In this document: in pieces, positions 27,201 to 33,916 of the stretch
How the letters are laid out: each line of letters begins with the position of its first letter
Numbering within the stretch: position 1 is the first letter of the stretch
From: an uncultured Clostridia bacterium
GTDB lineage: Bacteria; Bacillota; Clostridia; TANB77; CAG-508
DNA length: 64,000 nucleotides
Direction: 5' to 3'
Assembly: GCA_934183305.1 (NCBI GenBank)
Contig: CAKPSF010000002.1
Coordinates: 145,395-209,394, forward strand
The notes under the pieces: model-generated
The model's input: only the letters and a program-made list of their open reading frames with translations
The model's database searches: none
Told to the model about the DNA's origin: nothing
Translations under genes and position numbers: made by a program

Positions 27201-27721
27201 ATTTCTAAATAATAATCTTCGCCAAATAAATTTTTATACCATAGTGCTGTCTCCTCTGCTTTTTGCATATCTCCTGAAAGTATTGCTTGTGGCACACTTC
27301 CTGCTAAACAAGCACTACAACAAATTAAACCTTCATGATATTTTTCCAAAGTTTCTAAGTCTATTCTTGGTTTATAATAATATCCTTCTGTAAAGCCTAT
27401 TGAAACCATTTTACTTAAATTTTTATATCCATTATTATCTTTTGCAAGTAATATTAAATGGTTATATTTATTATCAATTCCTGCTTCTTTATCAAAACGA
27501 GTACGTGGAGCAACATACACTTCACAACCAATAATAGGCTTTATACCCTCTTCTTTACAAGCTTTATAGAACTCTATTGCTCCATACATAACTCCATGGT
27601 CCGTAATTGCAATAGCATCCATTCCAAGCTCTTTTGCAACTTTAGGTAACTCTTTTATTCTATTTGCTCCATCAAGCAAGCTATACTCACTATGTATATG
27701 TAAGTGTACAAAATCTCCCAT
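24224..27721 (-). CDS. dnaE: DNA polymerase III alpha subunit (DnaE type, N-terminal PHP domain)
   Basis: MGDFVHLHIHSEYSLLDG PHP motif. About 1165 aa. GGGAGA RBS before the ATG at 27721; the track start 27751 is TTG. Confidence 0.95.
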   Translation of the reverse strand: MGDFVHLHIHSEYSLLDGANRIKELPKVAKELGMDAIAITDHGVMYGAIEFYKACKEEGIKPIIGCEVYVAPRTRFDKEAGIDNKYNHLILLAKDNNGYKNLSKMVSIGFTEGYYYKPRIDLETLEKYHEGLICCSACLAGSVPQAILSGDMQKAEETALWYKNLFGEDYYLEIQTNTLKEQALVNQKMVELSRKLNIPLVATNDAHYTRREDAYNHEVLLCIQTGKKMSDIDRMKFETDDFYIKSPEEVKEFFPNLPEALENTVKIAEKCNVEFEFGHTILPNYEVPAEFPTHYDFFKKLCDDGIRKRYGEVPPKEILDRMEYEISVIKKMGYVDYFLIVWDFINWAKSNGIPVGPGRGSGAGSIVAYAIEITDIDPIKYNLLFERFLNPDRISMPDFDVDFCYERRQEVIDYVARKYGRDHVSQIITFGTMSARMVIRDVGRALDFPYAETDKLAKMVPFAIHMTIAKAMEQNRELRELYENNEEIHKLLDIAMGLEGMPRQASTHACGVVITKDPVDTYVPLYVNDGAISTQYTMTILEQLGLLKMDFLGLRTLTVIQDAINLVKKNRGIDAEFDKEMSDPKVFKLWGEGKTIGIFQFESAGMTNFMKELKPDSLEDIIAGVSLYRPGPMDQIPRYIQNKLDPEHAVYTHPSLEPILKVTYGCMVYQEQVMQIVRDLAGYSLGRADLVRRAMGKKKLDIMAKEREIFIHGQVDENGNVVVPGCVRNGIDEVSANKIFDEMAEFAKYAFNKSHAAAYAVVSYRTAYLKAYYPEEFMAATLNSYLGNLDKIPLYVDECRRMNIEILKPDINRSLTKFTVDGGKIRFGLGSIKNVGIAVVDSIVAEREKNGQYLSFTDFCERIQEESVNRKCIESLIKAGAFDEFGQTRRTLLESFEGIIDTIQDSAKKNLKGQVSMFDLDSMEENDKEELKYNFSEQPEFEDKELLSMEKEMLGIYISGHPLEKIREKIIKSTNIDTMKMAEIKEEVDTTGESTRYKDGQFVKYAGIISSIKKKYTKSNKLMAFVTIEDLYGTAEIIVFENAYQKAANLLMVDNVVLVDGRLSIREDEDVKIVAREITELSDNIEDINQDTTRNKILQINITNLDEHEKAKLRGALKFFNGERNNTKVQVIDGEKVLDCGTILLNKEILEEFKELMGQERVNFC

Positions 27722-27767
27722 CGCTATTCTCCCTATATAATTTTCAAACAAATTATATTACATTTGC

Positions 27768-27797
27768 ATAAAAAAAGCAAGAGTTCACACTCTTGCT
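27768..27797 (-). terminator. terminator between the mini-gene cassette and dnaE
   Basis: AGCAAGAG-tgtgaa-CTCTTGCT followed by TTTTTTTA. The 3' arm doubles as a TTGCTT -35 for a TATAAT 17 nt downstream. Confidence 0.8.
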
Positions 27798-27897
27798 TTG
27801 GTCACATCTTATAAATGAAATATGATAATGTTTTAAGTAATGAAATAGGAAAATGTCCCAACTTAAAAATATTGCATCTCCAATAATATGACAATTA

Positions 27898-28155
27898 TTA
27901 TTTAAGCTCTAAAATCTCAAGCTTATTTAAAACTACACCTTCCAGCTTCATACTTCCTTGTATAAAAATTAACATATTATTTTGCAATTTACTATAACAA
28001 TAATCTGCATTTTCATTGTATGCTTTTACTGTTACTATTCCTGCATTATTTAATAATTCCAAATCAAATATTGCAACAGAATAGTTTGAACCTTCTACAA
28101 TGAATTCAAATTTTATATTACTACAAACTTTTCCTAATAGAAAACATATATTCAT
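27898..28155 (-). CDS. 85-aa OB-fold/SSB-like mini protein
   Basis: AAGGAGAG RBS. FLLGKVCSNIKFEF...VAIFDLELLNN...VTVKAYNENADYCY...IFIQGSMK resembles a minimal SSB-type OB-fold pattern (by eye). Confidence 0.55.
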   Translation of the reverse strand: MNICFLLGKVCSNIKFEFIVEGSNYSVAIFDLELLNNAGIVTVKAYNENADYCYSKLQNNMLIFIQGSMKLEGVVLNKLEILELK

Positions 28156-28241
28156 AGTCTCTCTCCTTATATAATATACATAAGATACATATATTCAAAT
28201 ATTTACTAATATGTATCTTATTGATTCATTTTTACCTATAA

Positions 28242-28421
28242 TCAGGAAGGAATAAATCTCTTTAATACTAATACTTTACTGTATGCATTCCTTAAATTTA
28301 ATAACTGATTTAATAATAACGCATCTTTTCCTCTTGCAATGTAGAAACTTCCAGCATTAACTAATACTATGCTACCTTTACTTTTTATTTGTAACAATCC
28401 AAGCATTTTACTAAATCCCAT
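28242..28421 (-). CDS. 59-aa MutS-domain-I-like mini protein
   Basis: AAAGGAGG RBS 7 nt before the ATG at 28421. IVLVNAGSFYIARGKDALLLNQLLNL parallels the MutS N-terminal segment [29 protein letters not shown]. Confidence 0.5.
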   Translation of the reverse strand: MGFSKMLGLLQIKSKGSIVLVNAGSFYIARGKDALLLNQLLNLRNAYSKVLVLKRFIPS

Positions 28422-28471
28422 TTTAAGCCTCCTTTGGTATTTATAGAGGCGCATTTTTGTGCTGAAAGCAC

Positions 28472-28497
28472 AAAAAAATGCGCCCCGTTAGGGGCGC
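28472..28497 (-). terminator. GC-rich intrinsic terminator after pilin-FGE gene A
   Basis: Minus strand GCGCCCC-UAAC-GGGGCGC followed by AUUUUUUU. Confidence 0.8.
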
Positions 28498-28666
28498 CCC
28501 GTTAGGGTAATTTTTAATATCTTCGCAAAATCTATTATCATAGATTTTGTGTGATTTTAAAAATTACCTTTTTAACGTATTGCATTCGTTAAAATCTCTC
28601 GACTTTAACTTTTCTATTTAAAATTACTTCCAGCAAAATATAGTATTTCGCCCTCAGCGTTCAGTC

Positions 28667-29941
28667 CTACATATATAAAAGTGGACGGAAAGAAATGCCA
28701 ACGTTAGCACTGGTCGTGAAGATGCCGCCACGATAGCTCGTATAGTAGCGGCTGAAGTTGTAAAAACCACCACGTTGAGTGCAAGGAGAGTTGGAAAGGC
28801 TAGAGGTTTCTGTTGACCATTCAATACAATTGCTTGCCATATCATATACATTACATATTGTATCTTTTGTTCCACTATAACTTGTTCCTGATGTTCCTGT
28901 ATTTGCTAAACTACTATTTACACTTGTTTTACTTGCATATGTGCTATTATCTCCAAATTCTTGGAAAAAGATTATTGCTGTATCCCATGCATAACTATTT
29001 ACTAAATCACTTTCATATGGTTTATTTGTATACATATTTTGGCATCTCTCTGATGCTTGTAATTGTGTTACACAATTCCATACTTGTGAATTTGCTTTAC
29101 TTACTAACTTTAGTTTTTTTCCACTTTCTGCTACATATCCTGTCCAATCTATAGAACTACTACTATTTGATTTACTTATATTTGAAGCGTCATAATTTTC
29201 TACTCTTGCTTCATATCTTGCTATATAATAACCCCCACTTGTATTTGCTTTTGTACAAAATTCTGCTATATTTTTTGCTATTGCATTACTTTGGGTTGTA
29301 TTATATTCCGTATAGTTATAAGAATTCCTCATTATAGAAGTTGGGGTTGCATATGCACTCGCATTTTGTGCTACTGTATACGTTCCATCCTCATTTTTAG
29401 TAAAATTTTCATATCTTCCCAAATTTATTGTTTTTGCATTTGCTTCTGTTTTTGCTACATCTGTATATATTTTTTCTACTGGTATCCATACAAATTGATT
29501 GCCTGCTGTTTCTACTTGTGTATCTTCTACTACTATTCCTTTTGTTACATCTATATCATCTGCTGTATAACTAGTTGTACTATCTACTAATATTTTAAAT
29601 CCTGCTGGTAACATTATTTTATTTCCATACTCGTCTGTTAATGGTGTATTATCTGTTGTACTTAATACTTTATTTAAGCTATCTTTTAATGTTTTTGCTC
29701 CTGAACCTCCACCATTTATTTTTGAACTTTCTGTATCTAAATATTCTGAATATTCATCTAATCTTGCTTGTTCATTTGTTTGTGCTTCTGAATATTTTGT
29801 CTTTGCATTTTGTGCATGATTTAGTATTCCATTTCCACTTACTGCACTTATTGCTACTACTGCTAAGATTAATAACACAATTATTGTGATTATTAAGGCA
29901 ACTAGTGTAATACCTTTGTTCTTTTTTAGTTTTTGTTTCAT
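28667..29941 (-). CDS. pseudopilin-like N-terminus + FGE-sulfatase/C-type-lectin-like C-domain surface protein (paralog A)
   Basis: MKQKLKKNKGITLVALIITIIVLLILA. C-terminal GGYYIARYEAR, ICNVYDMASNCIEWSTE and RGG...ISFRPLLYM fit the FGE/SUMF1 pattern. 424 aa. Confidence 0.75.
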   Translation of the reverse strand: MKQKLKKNKGITLVALIITIIVLLILAVVAISAVSGNGILNHAQNAKTKYSEAQTNEQARLDEYSEYLDTESSKINGGGSGAKTLKDSLNKVLSTTDNTPLTDEYGNKIMLPAGFKILVDSTTSYTADDIDVTKGIVVEDTQVETAGNQFVWIPVEKIYTDVAKTEANAKTINLGRYENFTKNEDGTYTVAQNASAYATPTSIMRNSYNYTEYNTTQSNAIAKNIAEFCTKANTSGGYYIARYEARVENYDASNISKSNSSSSIDWTGYVAESGKKLKLVSKANSQVWNCVTQLQASERCQNMYTNKPYESDLVNSYAWDTAIIFFQEFGDNSTYASKTSVNSSLANTGTSGTSYSGTKDTICNVYDMASNCIEWSTETSSLSNSPCTQRGGFYNFSRYYTSYRGGIFTTSANVGISFRPLLYM

Positions 29942-30156
29942 TATTTTTTCTCCCTTCTTTTGTTTTTAGTTTGATAGTTAATCCATCTCTAAATTTTTTC
30001 TGTTTTTATTTTGTGTTTCTTTTGATTTTTTTAATCATTCTTTTCACAATTTTTTACTATTTCTATAAATAGCTTTTTAGCCTTTTATTTCAACAAAGAT
30101 ATATCATTTTCAAGGTTCTTTTTCTCTATTTATAAAAATAGTTTTATTCATTTTGC

Positions 30157-30185
30157 ATAATATATCAATCTATTTCTTTTGTCAA
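30157..30185 (-). promoter_or_regulatory. promoter of paralog A (TTGACA-17-TATTAT), ~210-nt leader
   Basis: rc of 30180-30185 is TTGACA and rc of 30157-30162 is TATTAT. Confidence 0.55.
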
Positions 30186-30377
30186 TATATTGTTAGAATT
30201 TTTTAGGACATTTTCAAAAATCATTGACAGAATACCTAGTTCGTAAACAAGAATTATTAAAGCAATCAATAAATATGGATTAACAAATATCTTACTTATT
30301 ATAACCTTTATTGATTTCATATTGTCATAAATTTATAAAAATACTGTAATAAAAAAGCACAATAAAGGTCTTTGCCT

Positions 30378-31097
30378 CTATTGTACTTTTTTTACTGCAG
30401 TCATCATTTGACTCATTCTACCATATACTAAGTCTACCCATGTTGATGATGGACAGAATTTCTTTTTAACTCCTGCTAATGTCTTACCTCCGTAGAATCT
30501 TCCTCCTGGTGTTAAATAATTGTTGTGTAATTTCTTAGCTGCAACTTCAAGTCCTTCTTCTACTGAAGAATAATGGATTAATTTTCCTTTTGACATTAAA
30601 CTTATATAGTTATGTGTTTTTCTGTGGTTTCCAGCAATATTCCATCCAGATTCTGCTGATATAAGTCCACAGAAAAATATTTCATTTATTTGATATTCTT
30701 CACATAAATCGTATATTGTATCTGCATTGTTGTAAAAGAATTTTGATGTATCTTGTTTCAAATTTTTTACAACTTTTTTAAAGTCTTGTTTTGATAAACC
30801 TGTTCTTACTGTTAAGTCCATATTTTTGCTTATTTTTACGTCCTTAATTTCTTTGTATTTTTTTGTTTCTTGCTCTTCTTGTTTGTTTTGTGTTCTATCT
30901 ACATCACCTCTTGATGTAGTAGTCTTAGCTGTTTCTCTTGTGTAATATTTAACTGTGTTTGATTCTTTATTTCTTATTAACTTATCAATATTTACATCTT
31001 CAATAACTTTAATTTCTTTAATTCTATCTTTCGTAGCCTCTACACTATTGCTAGCGTATGTTGTATTACCAAACATTGTAATTCCTAAAATCGCCAT
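30378..31097 (-). CDS. secreted GH73 N-acetylglucosaminidase-domain protein (true start probably non-AUG at ~31151)
   Basis: FFCGLISAESGWN...YLTPGGRFYGGKTLAGV. The frame is open to 31157, and AAAGGAGG at 31159-31166 (rc) is followed 7 nt later by ATA, giving a full signal peptide. Confidence 0.8.
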   Translation of the reverse strand: MAILGITMFGNTTYASNSVEATKDRIKEIKVIEDVNIDKLIRNKESNTVKYYTRETAKTTTSRGDVDRTQNKQEEQETKKYKEIKDVKISKNMDLTVRTGLSKQDFKKVVKNLKQDTSKFFYNNADTIYDLCEEYQINEIFFCGLISAESGWNIAGNHRKTHNYISLMSKGKLIHYSSVEEGLEVAAKKLHNNYLTPGGRFYGGKTLAGVKKKFCPSSTWVDLVYGRMSQMMTAVKKVQ

Positions 31098-31185
31098 AGG
31101 TATTATAATTAACCCTTTATTTGATAATACACTTTTTAGTTTTAACTCTATAATAATTCCTCCTTTTTTCTAGAGCAACTATTTA

Positions 31186-31214
31186 ATTATAGCATACATT
31201 TTTAAAATTGTCAA
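31186..31214 (-). promoter_or_regulatory. consensus promoter (TTGACA-17-TATAAT) for the GH73 gene
   Basis: rc of 31209-31214 is TTGACA and rc of 31186-31191 is TATAAT. Confidence 0.7.
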
Positions 31215-31306
31215 ATTTTAGGTGGTTTTTGCATTTCTAACCTTGAATATATTTTATTATTATGCTATTATATTTATGTTAGAATTTAAGAAATGAGGTA
31301 ATTTAT

Positions 31307-32230
31307 ATGGAAAAAATACTAGTTTTCGGACATAAGAATCCAGATACAGATACAATATGTTCATCTTTAGTAAAATCAATTTTAGAAAAGAAAAAAAATA
31401 ATAAAGAAGTTATTGCAGCAAGACTTGGTAATGTAAATAAAGAAACTCAATTTGTTTTAGATTACTTAAAAATTGATGCTCCAGTTTTAATAGAAAAGGT
31501 GGAAAAAGACCAAAAAGTTATTTTAGTGGACCACAATGAATTTGCGCAAAGTGCAGATGGAATTGAAGATGCCAAAGTAATTGAAGTTATAGATCACCAC
31601 AGAATATATGGTTTTCAAACAACAGAGCCACTTTATTATACTGCAAAGCCATATGGTTGTACTTGTACAATTCTTTATAACATGTTTAAAGAAGAAAATA
31701 TTGAAATAGAAAAATTAGAAGCAACATTAATGGCTAGCGCAATAATATCTGATACATTACTTTTAAAATCACCTACTACTACAAAAAAAGATGTTGAAGC
31801 TTTAGAAGCTTTAGCAAAAATTGCTAACATAGATATAAATACATATGGTTTAGATATGTTAAAAGCTGGAACAGACCTATCTTCTTTTTCAATAAATGAA
31901 ATTTTAAATTTAGATGCTAAAAAAGTAGATATTAAAGGAAAAAATGTTATAGTTAATCAAGTAAATACAGCTTCAATACCTGATGTTATGAAAATGAAAG
32001 AAGACTTAGAAGCAGGTATGAATGAAATAATAGAAAAAGAAAATTTAGACTTATTCTTATTATTAATAACAGATATAGTAAATAGTAACTCTCAGGCAAT
32101 TGTATTAGGAAAAGAATCTGAATTAATAGAAAAATCATATAATGTTAAATTAGAAAATAACACCGCTTTATTAAAAGGAATAGTTTCAAGAAAAAAACAA
32201 GTTATTCCTGTATTAACTGAAAATGCATAA
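31307..32230 (+). CDS. ppaC: manganese-dependent inorganic pyrophosphatase (family II, DHH)
   Basis: FGHKNPDTDTICS, ILVDHNE and VIDHHRI motifs. 307 aa. Confidence 0.9.
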   Translation: MEKILVFGHKNPDTDTICSSLVKSILEKKKNNKEVIAARLGNVNKETQFVLDYLKIDAPVLIEKVEKDQKVILVDHNEFAQSADGIEDAKVIEVIDHHRIYGFQTTEPLYYTAKPYGCTCTILYNMFKEENIEIEKLEATLMASAIISDTLLLKSPTTTKKDVEALEALAKIANIDINTYGLDMLKAGTDLSSFSINEILNLDAKKVDIKGKNVIVNQVNTASIPDVMKMKEDLEAGMNEIIEKENLDLFLLLITDIVNSNSQAIVLGKESELIEKSYNVKLENNTALLKGIVSRKKQVIPVLTENA

Positions 32231-32233
32231 AAC

Positions 32234-32265
32234 AAAAGAAACAGCATATGCATGCTGTTTCTTTT
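32234..32265. terminator. bidirectional terminator between convergent ppaC and mnmA
   Basis: AAAAGAAACAGCAT-atgc-ATGCTGTTTCTTTT, a 14-bp stem. Confidence 0.85.
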
Positions 32266-33331
32266 ATATTATTTTTCCTCCACCAATGACTACATCATCA
32301 ATATAAAAAACTAATGATTGTCCTGGTGTTACTGCTCGTTGTGCTTCTTCAAATACAAATTTTGCTTTTCCATTTTCTAATGGATATAAAACTGCTTTTG
32401 CTGGTTTTGCTCTATATCTAACTTTAGCCTCTACTTCTATTTTTTTGTTTTCTAAACTTGGCACTAAATAGTTTAAATCTTCTGTAAAAACTTCTTTTGT
32501 ATATAGTTCCTTTTCTGTACCAACTATAACCTCATTTTTATCTTTGTCTAGTTTTAAAACATATAATGGTTCACTATATGATATTCCAAGTCCTTTTCTT
32601 TGCCCTACTGTATAGTTTATAATTCCATTATGTTTTCCCAAAACTTCACCATTTTTTAAAACAATATTTCCTTCTCTTATTTTTATATTAGAATGTTCTT
32701 TTATAAATTTTACATAGTTATCATCTGGTATAAAGCAAACTTCTTGACTTTCTTTTTTTTCTGCTACCGGTAATTCATTTTTTCTTGCAATTTCTCTTAT
32801 TTGTTCTTTATCTGTGTAATTTTCTAATGGAAATATTATTTTCGATAATACTTCTGTTGGAATCCTATATAAAAAATAAGATTGGTCTTTTGCTGTTGCA
32901 TCTGCTCTTTTCAAAACATATTGATTATATCTTTCACTATATTCAACTTTTGCATAATGCCCTGTTGCAATATAATCGCATTCTAATTCCATTGCCTTTC
33001 TATAAAAAGCTCCAAATTTTAGATATTTATTACATTCAACACATGGATTTGGTGTTTTTGCATTATCATAGCAATTAATAAAATCATCTACAACACATTT
33101 TCTAAATTCTGCTTTGCAATTAACTACATAGTGTGGTATATCTAGCTTGTCGCACACTCTTTTAGCATCGTTTACAGCACTATATGAACAACAAGATTTT
33201 TCAGTTGCTCTTTCATCTTGCCATAATTCCATTGTTGCTCCTATTACTTCATAACCCTGATTTTTAAGTAATACTGCTGATGTACTGCTATCCACACCTC
33301 CACTCATTCCTAATAAAACTCTTTTACTCAT
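32264..33331 (-). CDS. mnmA: tRNA-specific 2-thiouridylase MnmA
   Basis: LLGMSGGVDSS PP-loop. The ATG at 33331 has an AAGGGA RBS; the longer ORF to 33358 is also possible. Confidence 0.9.
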   Translation of the reverse strand: MSKRVLLGMSGGVDSSTSAVLLKNQGYEVIGATMELWQDERATEKSCCSYSAVNDAKRVCDKLDIPHYVVNCKAEFRKCVVDDFINCYDNAKTPNPCVECNKYLKFGAFYRKAMELECDYIATGHYAKVEYSERYNQYVLKRADATAKDQSYFLYRIPTEVLSKIIFPLENYTDKEQIREIARKNELPVAEKKESQEVCFIPDDNYVKFIKEHSNIKIREGNIVLKNGEVLGKHNGIINYTVGQRKGLGISYSEPLYVLKLDKDKNEVIVGTEKELYTKEVFTEDLNYLVPSLENKKIEVEAKVRYRAKPAKAVLYPLENGKAKFVFEEAQRAVTPGQSLVFYIDDVVIGGGKII

Positions 33332-33347
33332 CTTTTTCCCTTTACTA

Positions 33348-33524
33348 TTATTTTGCATCTAAACTTATTTCTATTAATTCTTCTTCTGAAAAATTATATT
33401 TTTTCTTACACTTTGGGCAAACAACTTCTGCTTTTTTATCCTCTTTTATTATAACATTTAATTGTTCTTTTCCCAATGATTTTAATGCATTTTTTACTTT
33501 TTCTGTATTACAACATTCTCCCAT
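33348..33524 (-). CDS. stand-alone Hsp33 C-terminal zinc/redox-switch-like domain (58 aa)
   Basis: MGECCNTEKVKNALKSLGKEQLNVIIKEDKKAEVVCPKCKKKYNFSEEELIEI parallels the Hsp33 C-terminal pattern CxC...LG..EL....ED...E..CxFC..Y.F..eEL. GGAG RBS. Confidence 0.5.
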   Translation of the reverse strand: MGECCNTEKVKNALKSLGKEQLNVIIKEDKKAEVVCPKCKKKYNFSEEELIEISLDAK

Positions 33525-33542
33525 AAATATTTTCTCCAAATA

Positions 33543-33579
33543 ATATGAAAATAGGAACGGTCATAAATATTCCGTTCCT
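33543..33579 (-). terminator. terminator after rpmA
   Basis: AGGAACGG-aatatttatga-CCGTTCCT followed by ATTTTCAT. Confidence 0.75.
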
Positions 33580-33595
33580 AAACATTTTTAATATA

Positions 33596-33856
33596 TTAGT
33601 CTTCTACTGGATAAACACTAATTTGTTTTTTATCCTTACCTAATCTTTCAAATTTAACTTTACCATCTACTAATGCATATAAAGTATCATCGCTACCTTT
33701 ACCAACATTAGTACCTGGATGCATTTTTGTTCCTCTTTGTCTAAACAATATATTTCCTGCTAGAACGAATTGACCATCTGCTCTTTTTACACCAAGACGC
33801 TTAGATTCACTATCTCTACCGTTCTTAACACTACCTTGCCCTTTTTTATGTGCCAT
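33596..33856 (-). CDS. rpmA: 50S ribosomal protein L27 (no N-terminal propeptide)
   Basis: [25 protein letters not shown]... 86 aa. Confidence 0.95.
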   Translation of the reverse strand: MAHKKGQGSVKNGRDSESKRLGVKRADGQFVLAGNILFRQRGTKMHPGTNVGKGSDDTLYALVDGKVKFERLGKDKKQISVYPVED

Positions 33857-33916
33857 GCCTTAAGTCACTCCTTTCAACTTTTAAAGTTTCTCTATTAACT
33901 ATTATTATTCTTATAA

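Noticed and set aside
28480-28507. Tandem GC-rich 14-nt repeat (GCGCCCCGTTAGGG x2), considered as a mini-CRISPR or as a DGR IMH/cruciform element.
   Set aside because: There are only two abutting copies with no spacers, so it is not a CRISPR array. It folds into a 7-bp GC stem with a 4-nt loop followed by U7, a textbook intrinsic terminator. It lies ~165 nt beyond the candidate VR, too far for a typical IMH-associated hairpin.
28654-28875. Same-strand alternative-frame ORFs overlapping the 3' ends of the two FGE-like genes (28654..28875 and 38345..38542).
   Set aside because: They exist only because the adenine-poor candidate variable regions lack stop codons in all frames. They have no RBS and no independent support. 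They are used as supporting evidence for the VR finding instead.
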